64,000 bases of DNA from Octopus vulgaris (GCA_951406725.2 OX597825.1:81406001-81470000), one strand, 5' to 3'; positions 42,665 to 58,554 are shown, counted from the first letter of the stretch. Notes: a model not told the origin generated them from the sequence alone. Numbers and translations are program-made.

Positions 42665-44065
42665 ATTATTATTAAAATTATTCCTTCGTAACACAGTGTA
42701 GGTAAAAATGCACCGGAGTCAAGTCACAATAAAGACCTCAGGCAGATAATACTTTCCTTAAGATGTGCGCTGTGCCCAATAAGGCTGCTTTTTGCAAGAC
42801 ACCAATCTTGCATGGGATTTCCAGTTGCCATAACAAGTCTTCAAGTTTCAATGGGATTGGTCCCAACGCTCCGATCACCATTGGTATCACTTTTACATCA
42901 CCCTCTCACATTCCATACTATCTTGCCATTTCTACTTTCAATTCGGAGTACTTGGTGATTTTTTTCAACGTCATTACTCACAATATTCATGTCATTTGGT
43001 ATGGCTACATCAATGATCTGACAGTATTTGTCTCTCTATTCAATATGACAATATCCAGCCAACGTTGTTCGTTTACACGATCCGTCTGAAAAATCCTAGT
43101 CCCAGAGAATCGTTTCTTTTCCATCCTCCTGCATAACTTTACTTGGTACACGTTCATACCAGTTCTCTGTTACTTCGTATTCGTATCTACGACATAAGAG
43201 CCATTGAAGAGACACACACTTTATCGTGGCAGCGCTTGTATTCTTTTTGTGCAAGGCCCTTACATCCACTTACCAAGTGGGTCACATTTTCCACATTTTT
43301 TCCACAGAGTCTGCATTTCAGGGTGTCAGAAGTTTTATAGATGATATACTTCACCACTGGTATCACTTTTACATTAGCCTCTCGCATTCCACAGTCTTGC
43401 CATTTCCACTTTCAATTCGGCGGTGTACTTGGTGATTTTTTCAACCTCTTTACTCACAACGTTCATGCCATTTGGTGGAATATTTGCTACTACCACCGAG
43501 ATATGCACCCGCGAGAGCCTGGTCTTGTGCAGCAATGATCAGGCTTTCGGTGGTACGCTTCAAATCCCCTCTCCCAAGCAATCCCCACAATGCTGTATTA
43601 TCCTTAGCGTCTTGTGTATTCCTTTCAAACTTTCCATACATTCTCATTTCTAGAAGGTCTTCTTTTCTCTTCTCAGCTCTTTGGTTAAATTCCTTCTTGC
43701 CCATCATTTCATCTGCATTTACACCCATAACTTTCGTGGCATATTGCAGAAGGTCTTCATCACTATTTATCAAATACTCGGCAAGCGTTCTCCTTTCACT
43801 CCTTATACAATGGTCTATACTAATTAGTCCTCTGCCACCATTCTTTCCTTTCATATACAGTCTGTTTATGTTTGATTAAGGGTGTAGCGCCCCATGTAGT
43901 GTCATCAACTTTCTCATCCTTCTATCTAGTGTTGTTATTTCCTCCTTAGTCCATTTGGGGATGGACGCACTATATCTGACCACCGCAACTGCCCAGATTT
44001 TCATTGCAGTAATCAAAATTTTGGCATTCAGGTTGGATTTCAACAGCATCTTCACCCTTTTTGAT
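42665..44065 (-). mobile_element. R4/Dong-like non-LTR retrotransposon, 3' half (decayed)
   Basis: GALHP, GGRGLISI, TESLIIAAQDQAL, CCHC finger CRLCGKNVENVTHLVSGC, IIDVAIP endonuclease, LQKAALLGTAHIL; (TAA)n tail. Confidence 0.93.
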
Positions 44066-44830
44066 ACACCTCGCTGACCTTGACTGTCCGAAATTTCCCT
44101 GAAACCCCAAGAGCACGTGCCCTCAACAGTTCCTTCTCTCCGACTCACAGGCCCACACTTAGAGAGGTACCATCCACTCTTGCCATTTTCGCAACTTTCA
44201 CCTAACTTTCAATAAATTCACTCGAGGTCAGCATCTTCCCTCTCCACTCTCAATTTCCTTTTCAAGTGAAACTCGAAGAAGTCATTAGAGCTCTACCAAA
44301 GGGGAATGCATCTGTCCCCATGCTTTTCAGCTTTGTCCACCAAACAACCTCTTTCGCTATAATCACCAGGCATAGGAAAACTGCCTTGCCTGCCCGATTG
44401 AAGGTGGGCGGTAAGATGATCATAACTACAGACTCGGCCGATAGACGGATCCGTCCCACACGTGACAGCAGCTGTTCGACATAACTCCACAAGTCAGCAA
44501 TGCCTGGACACTGGGCGAAAGCGTGCAGAGCGCTTTCGTCACTGCACGCACCTTGGACAAACCTGTCTGACAATACATCCGTACCGGTAGCTCCCCACAG
44601 TAGCACTGCCTGGTCAAAGACATCTGGAAAATATCCTTGATAGTTCCCGATCGGAAAGTCCTCCGAAAGAGACATACCCGGTTCGTTTTCGTCGGCGGAA
44701 TCTCCCCAAGAACATGGTCGCACTTCCCTGCAACCACTCCTCTATAAATTTCTAGGGCATGACATTCACCGGTCTCATTGCCCGACTGATAGAGGGCTGT
44801 CAGGACCTGACGACATTCTAGGCGCCCACA
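44066..44830 (-). mobile_element. Tx1/L1-clade LINE ORF2 C-terminal fragment
   Basis: C.DESALHAFAQCPGIADLWSYVEQLL zinc-finger region followed by AKEVVW; frameshifted. Confidence 0.8.
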
Positions 44831-44877
44831 TAATGATGATGATGATGATAATGATGATGATGATGATGATGATGAAA

Positions 44878-44921
<44 letters not shown>

Positions 44922-45035
44922 AATCATAATAATAATAATATTTAATATTTAAAAAATTAAAAAGAAAATTTTTCTAAGTTCATACTTTCATATTAACATT
45001 TACAGCACATATACATTCCTACATACATACATACA

Positions 45036-45106
<71 letters not shown>

Positions 45107-45231
45107 GTACACACACATACACACATGCATGCATACATATATCCTTACATATGTACTTATGTACATGTGCACAGATAGATAAGCTATAGCTAGGCTAGTA
45201 GAGAGATAGATAGATAGATAGATAAAGAAGA

Positions 45232-45275
<44 letters not shown>

Positions 45276-45522
45276 GTTGGTGTATTTAATTAAGTCTCCT
45301 TTGATTCGAATTCAAATCACGTGAAAGTCGGTTTTATCTTCCTTCCTTCAGGGACCGATAGAATACATATCAATCAAGTATCGGAATCGAATTACTCAAA
45401 ATCTGTGGTCTTGTACCTAGGTTGCAGATCATGACCATCATCGCCATTAGAATTGTTACTCTTCTTCTTCTTACATTGGAATATAGAAACCGGTAAATTC
45501 ATCTATAAATTCTATAGATGTT

Positions 45523-45607
<85 letters not shown>

Positions 45608-45609
<2 letters not shown>

Positions 45610-45825
45610 TAGGTACTGAATAATTCCTGGTATTAACGGTGTCGCGAAAGGCCTGGTTGAAGGTTAAACCTTCGGAGTTCTTTTACAGGACTTACAAAAA
45701 TTAAAGGGCTGCTGCAATAAATGTGTGAATCTGAGAGGGGAATATGTTGAATAAAATAATAATTAACTGATCCTCCTATTTTCTCTTTTGCCCAAAGCCA
45801 AGAACATTTCAGCATTCCCTCGAAT
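45608..45825 (+). mobile_element. Short mariner-derived MITE
   Basis: Encodes ...CNKCVNLRGEYVE*; degenerate TIRs gtactgaaataattcctgg / ccaagaacatttcagcattccctcg; related fragment at about 47200-47290. Confidence 0.7.
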
Positions 45826-46025
45826 ATATATGTATATATATATATGTATATATATATATATGTATATATATATATTCTTTAAGTTCGTGCCAATGGAAAT
45901 TACAAATTATATTGTTAATCATCACAGAAATGCGGACTATGGTCACAAAAACATGTGAATTGCAGAAACGCGCGTAGCGATACAGTCAAATATCTATAAA
46001 TTCTATCCATGGATTATTTTTATTA

Positions 46026-46071
<46 letters not shown>

Positions 46072-46547
46072 GCAGAAACACACCCACCCACATATATATG
46101 TTTGGAGGATCCAGCAGTATTCAGTATCAGGTAACACTTCCTTTTTTCTATACATAGAATCTGTGAGTGGCGATGAAAAGACACATCAATACCAGACGAA
46201 TGAATATACGTGACCTCTGTAGTTGATATATAAACGAGGCTAATTTTCTTACTTCTCCGCGGACCGAATAAAATGACGCTCAGCCTTCAGTCGATTTTCT
46301 AACTTCATTGGTTTTTCTTCAGAGGTGTTTACTTCACTTTGGCTTATCGAAGGTTAACAACCAGCCAATCAAATTTCATACTCAACAACTCCATTCCCTG
46401 CAGCGTACTGGAGTGACTAATTTCCGTAACGCAAATTGTGTAATATTGTATTTAATATCAGCGGCCTGTCAACGAGGATCTCAGTCCGCACGGTTTCAAA
46501 GCATGATATAATATATGTAACTTATGTTGTAGATATGTTTATTTTTA

Positions 46548-46942
46548 TTTTTTATTGGTTTCTATCATTTGACAGCAGTCATGCTGGAGAACCGCCTTTA
46601 GTCGAGCTAATCGACCCCAGGACTTATTCTTTGTAAGCCTAGTACTTATTCTATCGGTCTCTTTTGCCGAATCGCTAAAGTTACAGAGAGGTAAACATAC
46701 CAGCATCGGTTGTCAAGTGTGTTGGGGGGACAAACACAGACGCACAAACATATACACACACACATACATACATATATACGACGGGCTTCTTTCAGTTTCC
46801 GTCTACCAAATCCACTCACAAGGCTTTGGTCGACCCGAGGCTATAGTAGAAGACACTTGCCCAAGGTGCCACGCATTGGGAATGAACCCGGAATCATGTG
46901 GTTGGTAAGCAAGCTACTTACCACACAGCCATTCCTGCGCCT
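46548..46942 (-). mobile_element. SINE family A, full length
   Basis: Reverse complement of 28870-29270. Confidence 0.92.
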
Positions 46943-46956
46943 ATATATACACACAC

Positions 46957-47002
<46 letters not shown>

Positions 47003-47775
47003 AACCTGTACCCATACATGCATGTATATATACATATAGATGTAGGTATGTACATATATGTATGTATATATGCATGTTTATATATTATTAATGTTATATA
47101 TATATATATATATATAACATTAATAATAATACACATGCATATATATATACATAAATGTACATACCCACATCTATATGTATATATACATGCATATATGGTA
47201 CAAGTTTTCTAACCCCAGTAAAAGAAGGTTGGGCCTCCGGCCAGGTCTCTCCCTATATCCTTACGGTCAAGAATTTTCAGCACCACTTCACACATACACA
47301 CACACACACATACACACACACATAAATGTAAGATCCAGTGATTGAGGTGTAGGAGGAAAGTTAGTTTCGAGCAATCTGTAGTAAATATAAAAAAAAACAA
47401 CTTTCAGGTAGAATAGTTGCTTATTGAGACGGAAGATTGCGAATGTTTTCACTTTTATCGAAGAAACCTGAGCTGAAAAAAAGCTCTTTTTACATTCCTC
47501 AGTAAACAATCTGAGTTGCTGAGAGTGAGAAAAAGAATACAAGAGTTACAGAATGGAGTATGGGAAATCCGGGATACATATGTTTCATAGCGAGTGGAAC
47601 CTCAGAAGTAGTAAAATCTCAGAAGTGAGGTGTATAGCGCCAGCTACTCTTTGAATCTTTGCGTCAATGTAGCCTTTGATCTAATCTAGATATCCTTGGC
47701 CAAAAGAGTAACAGGTGATGTAGAACTGACTTGGATTTTACCACTTCTGAGGTACTCGAAACCGTAGCACTTATA

Positions 47776-47859
<84 letters not shown>

Positions 47860-47921
47860 TAAATATTTGTTGTGCAAGATTTTTTATTGGGTAAACTGGC
47901 AAAATGACCATTCCGAAATAT

Positions 47922-47969
<48 letters not shown>

Positions 47970-47971
<2 letters not shown>

Positions 47972-48121
47972 TACTTCTTCCAGTTTCCGTCTACCAAATC
48001 CACTCACAAGACTTTGGTCGGGCCAAGGCTATAATAGAAGACACTTACCCAAGGTGCCACGCAGTAGGGCTGAACCCGGAACCATGAGGTTGGAAGGCAA
48101 TCTTCCTACCACACAGCCATG

Positions 48122-48123
<2 letters not shown>
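47970..48123 (-). mobile_element. SINE family A head
   Basis: Reverse complement of family A 5' half. Confidence 0.88.
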
Positions 48124-48168
<45 letters not shown>

Positions 48169-48169
48169 A

Positions 48170-48225
<56 letters not shown>

Positions 48226-48282
48226 ATCCACTTGCTATGAAACCTACGTAGCCTGGATTTCCCATACTCCATTCCGTAGCTC

Positions 48283-48319
<37 letters not shown>

Positions 48320-48987
48320 TGTATGTATGTATGTATGTATGTATGTATGTATGTATGTATGTATGTATGTATGTATGTATGTATGTATGTGTGTGTGTGC
48401 ATGTTTGTTTATCTGTCTGCATACATTTACAAGCGTTTGTCTATGTAATTGTTAATGACATTTGAGTATTTAAGCTAGACATTTTTTGGCAGTTATGGCT
48501 GTTTTTATGCACGTGTGCATACGTTTATGTTATGTACGTCTAACATAACCATTATGTTTGTCTGACATATTATACAACGCAATAATAAAAAAAAATTAAC
48601 AAAGTTCTTAAGTTTTTTTGAAAAATAGCACAAAAAATGCTTTTGTTGAAATTAAATCATTTATTGAATTAAAATATTTTAAAATAGAATATATATTTAT
48701 TTATAAACGAAATATGTTAAAATAGAATACATTTATTTATAAACCAAATATTTTAGAACAGAATATATTTATTTATTTATAAACCAAATTTATTAATCAA
48801 TAATTCAATATGCTATGGTGAGATTCTTTCTGTGATGTCTTTGAAAATCTTTTTTGATATTCATATTTGAAATAGTAATGGTGCATATATTGTAATTTTT
48901 TAGTAGATTTGGATATGTGTATTTATGTATGTATTTCTAGATATGTATGTATGTGTGTATGTATTTCTATATATGCATTATGTGTAT

Positions 48988-49088
<101 letters not shown>

Positions 49089-49208
49089 ATATATATATAT
49101 ATATGTATATATATGTGTATATATATGTGCATTACAGGCATATAAATATTACACATGCCGATACAATATTATGCACAAACGCATACAGACAGACAGGACC
49201 CCTGTATG

Positions 49209-49240
<32 letters not shown>

Positions 49241-49444
49241 CTGTATGTGCATGTATGTTTGTGTGTGTGGGTCTGTGTGAATGCATATGTGTATGTACGT
49301 ATGCGTGTGTGGGTGTTGATTGTAGATGAAGTAATGAGGATGAAAACAAAGAATTGTGGGATATAAGAAATAGATCGATGTACAGAGATAAACAGACCGA
49401 TAACTAGACAGACAGTCAGACAGAGAGAATAAAATAGAGAGTTT

Positions 49445-49504
<60 letters not shown>

Positions 49505-49508
49505 CAGT

Positions 49509-49587
<79 letters not shown>

Positions 49588-49735
49588 CTATATGCATACA
49601 CAAAGTCAGAGACGGATCGATAAATATGTAGACTGATTGATAAATAGATAGTCACACAGTTGGATAGACAGGCAGAGAGATAGGTATCTAGATAGATAAA
49701 TAGATATATTGATAGATAAATAAATAAATAGATAG

Positions 49736-49766
<31 letters not shown>

Positions 49767-50188
49767 GATAGATAGATAAATAGATAGACAGGTAGATAGA
49801 CAGACAGACACATAGACAGGTAGAGAGATAGATATGTATCTTTCTTTATTAACCACACAGGGCTGGACACAGACGGGACAAATTACAAAGTAGAGCTTTT
49901 CTTTATGTGGAGAGATAGATAGACAGACAGACAGATAGATAGATAGTTAGATAGATAATGTGAAGGTGATAATTATGAAGTGAGGGCAGATTCCAAGGGT
50001 GGACAGAGTTAGTGTTGTATCCCTAGTGTTGTATACTAGTTTGTATCCCTCTAAGTAAATAGATCATAAGAACCAAATACTTACATACATACAAACATAC
50101 ATATATACGTATGTATACACACACACATGTATATGAATACATGCATACATAACCATATATATTTGTTTATAACTGTATATATATAGGT

Positions 50189-50268
<80 letters not shown>

Positions 50269-50601
50269 CAAATGTAGGGAAGAGAGAAGGTGGGTGGTGT
50301 GAGCAAAAACAATGAAAAAAATAAATTTAGTAAAAGGCGAAATGGAATCAATTGAAAACGAAGGAAACTAGGAATAATTCAAAGAAAGAAAGGAAATAAA
50401 AAAAGAAAGAAAAAATGGAAGGAAGAAACGTAAAAAAAAAAGAAAAACAAAAACTCTCTTTCCCTCTCCTCTCTCTCTCTCTTGTTCTCTTCTTCTTCAT
50501 CTTCTAAAACGCCGTCTATCTGCAAAGGAACTTATAAGCGTTCACCCTTGCTCCAAATTAGCCTTGTAAGAGCATGCGTGATGACAAGACTGCTGCTGCT
50601 G

Positions 50602-50658
<57 letters not shown>

Positions 50659-50795
50659 TTACTAATAATAATAATAATAATAATATTAACGTTAATATCG
50701 GAGATATCAATAATAATAAAATATTGGTAACAATATATGCCTGTACGCGCAAATATGGATACATGTGTGTGCGTGTGCGTGATTGTGTGTATATT

Positions 50796-50862
<67 letters not shown>

Positions 50863-51321
50863 GCAAACCTCAAAAAAATCTAATAGACAAAAAAAGCCGA
50901 AAGCTCTCGTCGAAATTGCCACTTTGCTATGTGGCTCGCGTCACGCATGGGTGACAATGAACTAAAATTACAACTTTGGCTAAACTGAGGCAGAAGGATG
51001 AGAGAGTGAAGAGAAAAGAGAGAAAAAAGAAAGGGGGTGTGGGGAGGAAGAGGAGGTGGGGTAAAGAGGTCGTTTCCGGTTTTTGATTTGATTATGTCAG
51101 GCATCTTGTATGTTAATTTTTCGTGAGAAATCTTGTGTACCGTTGAAAAATAAGGGAAGTAGAAAAAAAAGCACGCACACACATATATATATATACATAC
51201 ATAGATATACATATACATGCATATAATATATATGTGTATGCACGCGTGTGTGCATGTATGTGCGTATGTTTCTGTGCGGTTGTCAGTGTGCCTATGTCTA
51301 TGTACACGTATTTATATACGA

Positions 51322-51360
<39 letters not shown>

Positions 51361-51493
51361 CATAAATACATACACACACACATACATATATATATGCAAT
51401 GTATACATAAATATTTGTATATGTACATCGTCGTATATGTGTGTATATCTATAGCTACAATTTTATGCGTATGCATGTATATGCATATGTATG

Positions 51494-51524
<31 letters not shown>

Positions 51525-51621
51525 TCATATATACATATATGTATATAAGTATATATCTATGTATACATGAATATGTATGCATATATATATATATATATGT
51601 ATATGTATTTATATATGAATA

Positions 51622-51670
<49 letters not shown>

Positions 51671-52879
51671 TTTACACATATACATAAATACATACATACA
51701 GATAGAATCGTATGCATGTATGTGTGTATATATATTTACACGTACACGGCGGTCACAGAGTTACGTAGGAAAAGTGTTGGATCCCAAAGAGCAGGCAAGT
51801 GTATCATGGTTATTTCGAGAGAGCTAAATGTTAAACGCGCCTAATAAGCAGCAGATTAAAATATAACCAATGAACCAGATAAGATTTTACAACTTCTTTA
51901 CGTTTTTGTTATCTTCTTTTCTTCTATTCTATATTTATTTATTATTTCTTCCTAATTTTTTCTATCTTTTTCCTTCATTTTTTCCCCCCTCCTCTTTCAT
52001 TTTTTTTTTCTTTTTTTTTTCTCGGGGCCTTCCCTATTTCTGCAACTTGCCGTTTTCTTCTAACGCATGAAAAGAAAACGAGAAAAATAAAATAAAATAA
52101 AAGGGGAGATATAAGAAAGAAAATAAAGCAAGAGTTGGGTGTGGTATATTATTTGGTGCCTTTAATGTTACTCGTATGCCTTTAGTTTTGTATGCTTGAA
52201 TACCTACATATATGCATATATGTATAGACGTAAGTATACAAAAATGCATGCCTACGAGAGGAAAAAAATGAACAAAAGTGTAAATATCCCACAAAAACAA
52301 AATGTCGGTTTTGTTATACCGTTTGGAAAGTTATCCACTTCATCAGCCTCTACCTTCATCTCTTTCTTCTTCTATACATACATTCATACTTACATACGTA
52401 TATATACATACATACGAACATGCATGCATGCATGTATACATACATCCGTACATATATAATCATTTATATATATATATATACATATATACACACACACATG
52501 CACATACATATATATGTTTATATGGCTAGTTAGTTAGATTGATGTATACATATATTCCTATGCATACATACATGTATATGTATATATATGTATATATATT
52601 TGTATATGTAATATGCATGTGTGGCGGGGTTGCGGTGGGGTGGATGAGAGAGAGAGAGAGAGAGTGTTACTTCCTAGCAAGCATGAGTTATGGAAAAATT
52701 AATAAAAGAAATACAGAATTTATATGTATATATATATCTCCATATATATACACATATACATACATACATATACATACATACATATACATATATATATATA
52801 TATATATATACATATACATGCATACATAAATATTTATATATCTGTACATATACATGTATATACATACATGTACATACAA

Positions 52880-52977
<98 letters not shown>

Positions 52978-53489
52978 ATATCTACACGTATACATGTATG
53001 TATAAAGTAAATATAAAATAGGCAATCTGATGAAATTATTAAAGCTGACAGAAAAAAAAAGAACCGCGAAAGTTGTTATAGAATCGCTATGTATCTACAC
53101 GTTTAAGCATAAAATATACAATTTCGAACATCGAACATGTATGTTACTAATACATTCCTCAAACAGGTCTTCTAATCTTGGTTCCTAGATCTCAGGAAAC
53201 AAAGAATCGCTTTGTTGTCGAGATCACTTGGCGGCAAGTTATGAAAAATTTCATCTGAAGTTGCAGAACGATTCCGAATATCTGTATTACTAACAAAAAG
53301 CCAATATATTTTGCAGGGGATTTTCCCGGAGGTTTTTCGTTAATTTTGCTTTGTAGTTTTGTATCACGGTGATGGTACCTTTCTGTTTCTTTTCTTTCTT
53401 TTTTTTAAAGTTTTGCTTACAGTTATTGGTGCCTTGTTCCAAGCTCTCAAAAATGATTAACACGGTGAAATAAGACAACGAGAATTAAT

Positions 53490-53870
53490 CCTTCTTTACT
53501 ATAGGCACAAGGCCTGGAAAATTTCGAGACGGGAGTTGGTCGAGTTCATCAACCCCCACCGCACGACTGGTACTTATTTTATCGAACCAGAAAGGATAAA
53601 AAGCAACTCAGAAAGTGCAGACGGATGAAATACCTATTTCTTTACTACCCACAAGGGGCTAGGCTAAACGCAGAGAGGACAAACAAGGACAGACAAACGG
53701 AGTAAGTCGATTATATCGACCCAAGTGCGTAACTGGTAATTATTTAATCGACCCCGAAAGGATGAAAGGCAAAGTTGACCTCGGCAGAATTTGAACTCAG
53801 AACGTAATGGCAGACGAAATACCGCTAAGCATTTCGCCGGCGTGCTAACGTTTCTGCCAGCTCGCCGCCT
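53490..53870 (-). mobile_element. SINE family C, dimeric arrangement
   Basis: Reverse complement of 38484-38872, including the gccccttgtgggtagtaaagaaatagg tail and a partial second unit. Confidence 0.9.
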
Positions 53871-55089
53871 TAAAACAATGAGAAATAATAACATAGTTTT
53901 GTAAATTAAACCCCGGCTGGCGAAATTTGGGACCTCTTGCTCAAAATGGTATTTTTTAATAAAACATTTCTGTTGATCTTTAGGCACAACCTAACGAGAC
54001 GAAATTCAACTCCCATTTCTCTCGGGTGATAACATAGAAACCAACCAAGGGTTATAAATTCGTGTAACTATTAGAGCTGTCGAATATAGCGCTTTGCGAT
54101 ATTGTTTCCGCTTTTTATGATCTAAACTACATGACTGTATCGTAACTTTACTCATCTTAAAATTTTTTTCTTCAGTGAACATTCTGTAATGGCGCTTCTG
54201 GTTTTCCTAGAAGACGTGAATGAAATGGCATACGGGAAACGCTGAGGCTTGCCAGATCTCTTCCTTGATGTGTAACGATTGTGATTTTCTAAAAGATTAG
54301 ATCATCATGCTCCCATTAGGTTTCTTTCAGTTCTCTGTATATGAAAGCAGTGCGAGGTTTGCATGATTTCTATAAATTACACGTGAGTGATACTCGTGTG
54401 AAGAAGATCAAAGATTGACAGATGGCTTCGACTTATTACCAGATTTAACCACACGTTTATGAAAGGTGTTGGACCGAAGAATTTTGCATAGGTGGCCGAG
54501 TGCTCAGAAGCACATCGATTAATGATTATGGTGTGGATATATTTCCTTGTTAGGTCAAAATGGCCTGGAAAATTTTTACCCAATGTCAGGCTTGGACGAT
54601 TAGACTTATGCACACATATATATGTACGTAAGAAAATAACAGGATGGTCACGATTGGAATCTCTTTGATCAAAGATCTGCTCAATCAGGGTTGATCAATA
54701 GACAAACAACAATAACAACAAGTAAAACATCCAACAAATGTGGGAGTCGAGTAAAAAAATACGGTTGCGTTCCATGTTGCAGTTAATGAAATGAGATGCG
54801 ACGCTGAAGCTTAAATTAACGTCGGTTTGGAATATAAAAATTCTTCGGTCAAATGATGCCACCGGAAAGAAACGTATTACTAAAATACCACCAATTACTC
54901 GAACAAACCTGGCGAATGTCTAAACGGCTCAACATTAAACTGGTTAATGGACTCATCTAGTTATGTATTTAACTGATCATGCATGAATTACGAGTTGCAT
55001 CTGTACAGCAAATAAACATACTCTTGCATAAGAGGTGTGTGTATGTGAGTGTTAATAAAGGTATAAATTATATACATATATACACCTTA

Positions 55090-55190
<101 letters not shown>

Positions 55191-55369
55191 CGTACATATT
55201 CATATGTTGTGTGTGTGTGTGATTACATGTCTAGTTTTGTATGAAGGTATGTATATACGTCGTATGTATCTGTATATATGTGTGTGAGTTGACTGCTATG
55301 CTTTACTGTGGTATATATGAGTATATGTGTATTTGGAATAAATTGTCTGCGTGTAAAATTACGAGCGTA

Positions 55370-55401
<32 letters not shown>

Positions 55402-55613
55402 TGTGTGTGTGTGTGTGTATGTGTAAGTGCTTTTAGGAAATCTCTAGTGAGCTTGTTTGGATGTGCTCCATAATATAACTTGACTCAATCGTAAACACAC
55501 ACTTACATGCACACACACACGTACACACACACACACATCTGCATATATATATGTATATATATATATGTGCGTGTGTATATGCATATATAATACATACATA
55601 TACATACACACAC

Positions 55614-55704
<91 letters not shown>

Positions 55705-55793
55705 TATATACTATGCCCATAATCAGACAAATATGTTACGTGGATATGGACTACAGCATTGCTTTCATACATGTATGTGTTACTGGTTGTTTA

Positions 55794-55850
<57 letters not shown>

Positions 55851-56614
55851 ATATATATATACATATATCCATTTTTTCAAGCACGCACATACACACGCTA
55901 ACACAAGCATACATATATACACACAGAATATTCATGTACACTACATGGAAGTATTTGCTTTTCTATACATGTGTTTCATGCTGATATGAGAGCATGTGTC
56001 CGCATGTTTATATTAATGAACGTATACAAATTATGTACCTCTGTATATATATGCATGCAAATATATTTTAATATGTGAATGTGTGTAGACTTAGCTTTAT
56101 GTATGTATGTATTTATATACGTTTATATGTATGTGTATTCGTGTATATGTAAATGCGTGAATACACCTACGTTGCTGTCTATAAACATGTATTCATTTAT
56201 GTATTTTTACATGTATGAATGTAAGCGTATACGTATGTATATATTTACATATGTATGTGTGTATGCACATGTATATATATATATATGTGTGTGCGTATGT
56301 GTGTGTATGAGGTATTTAATTCTAAATTGCTGCATATGTGTAATATTCAATATAATTAATTTTATAACTCTATTAGGCCGAATAAACAATTAGAAACAAC
56401 GCGGCAATGAAGGACGCCATGTTGTGAGACACACATACATCCGACCCTTTATTCTATACACCCTCTCGTAATGCTATTATTTATTTATTCATTTATTTAT
56501 TATATTAATGTTTGTTTATTTATTACAGTTATTACCGCTCTCATTAATGTTTATTTATTTGTCGTTGTTTTTGTAATTTCCTGGTCTCATATTTGAGTTT
56601 TTAATTATTACAAA

Positions 56615-56682
56615 TTATTTTATTATTATTATTATTATCATTATTATTATTATTATTACTATTATTATTATTATTATTATTA

Positions 56683-56749
<67 letters not shown>

Positions 56750-56781
56750 CATCATTATTATTATTATTATTATATTCATCA

Positions 56782-56830
<49 letters not shown>

Positions 56831-56865
56831 CATCATTATTATTATTATTATTATTATATTCATCA

Positions 56866-56914
<49 letters not shown>

Positions 56915-57012
56915 CATTATATTCATCATTATTATTATTATTATTATCATTATTATTATTATCCTTATTATCATTATTATTATTACTATTATTATTATTA
57001 TTATTATTATTG
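56615..57012. repeat. (ATT)n array with periodic ATATTCATC interruptions
   Basis: Seen directly. Confidence 0.97.
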
Positions 57013-57374
57013 TAATTGTTATTATTTTTTTTGTTTATTTATTTTTGCAGTTTAATGTCCAGTTTAATTGTTTGTAATTTTCCCCTTAATTACTCATTGT
57101 TTAGATGTAATCAAAGGAAAAATAAATTAAAACTCCATTTAGGGAGTTGTTTATGTTAGTTTGCATAAATTCTGTAAAACATGGAACACAGATTTAAAGT
57201 GCAACAGATCCCCGGCGTGACATTCCGCGACAAAAATATGTTACTAAATGCTATAATATTACCGAAAAATAGAAACAAAAAATAAAAATAATAAAAATGA
57301 AAAAAAATATACATATACATGTCACTTAGTCTTTGATTTAATAGGTTTTGTGCAAAAATTTCTACGCAACGCAA

Positions 57375-57720
57375 GGAGCATGCTTGGCTGTGTGATAAAG
57401 AAGTTGGCTTCGGAAGTATGTTGTCTTAGGTTCAATCCGGCTGCATGGCATCTTGGGCATAACTGCAACAGTAAAGTATGAAGAAGGGGGCTTTTTACAA
57501 TGCAAAATGGGGAAGTTAAGTGACATTTATATATTTCAAGCTCAAAGGCTAATCATCAAAAGCGATGTGTTTACGCTCCCGTAAAAAAAGAAACTGATAT
57601 AATAAGTATTAGGCTTTAAAAAATAAGCCTTGGTGTTGTCTTGTTCGATTAAAAAAACCTCTAAGGCGGTGCTCCAGCATGGCCGCAGTCAAATGACTCA
57701 AATAAGTAAAAGAATAAAAG
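57375..57720 (+). mobile_element. Degenerate SINE family A
   Basis: ggctgtgtg...ggttcaatcc...cttgggc head and aggcggtgctccagcatggccgcagtcaaatgact tail. Confidence 0.8.
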
Positions 57721-58340
57721 ACATACATACGTATGCACACACATATAAAAAAGAAGAAAAAATTTATTTCACCAATTGACACCCATAAAACATTTGCTGT
57801 ATGGATGTCAATTGGGGAAATGATTTTTTGCCTCTTGTACCTCCTCGCTTTCTTTATATTTTATACACTCCTAATGAAATAATCATTACTTATTGGATTT
57901 ACTGGAGTTCAACTCTATATTACACTCGTTTGGTTTGCTTTGGCTTACAATGTGGTTGTAGTCTGATCCATTAAAGAAGCTTTCTTTGTGTGTAGCACCG
58001 ATTTAGCTAGATTAGTTAAATCCATACCTTACCCATTAAAGAAATAGATAGATAAATAGATAGACAGATAGACAAGTAAATAGATAAAAAGAAAGATGGA
58101 TAGATAGATACATAGATAGATAGGTATATATGTGTATGTATATATGAGTATGTATATATATATATATATAGATAGATAGATAAACAGACAGACAGACAGA
58201 CAGACAGGCAGACAGATAGATAGATAGATGGATGGATGGATAGGTTGGTAGATAAATAGGTAGATAGATAGATAGATAGAGATCGAAAGATGAATAGATA
58301 TAGATATAGATATGTATAGATTTATATATATATATGTGTG

Positions 58341-58399
<59 letters not shown>

Positions 58400-58477
58400 A
58401 AATAGACAGATAGATAGAGGGATGAATGGGAATGGATAGGTAGGTAGGTAGGTAGATAGATAGATAGATAGATAGAC

Positions 58478-58554
<77 letters not shown>

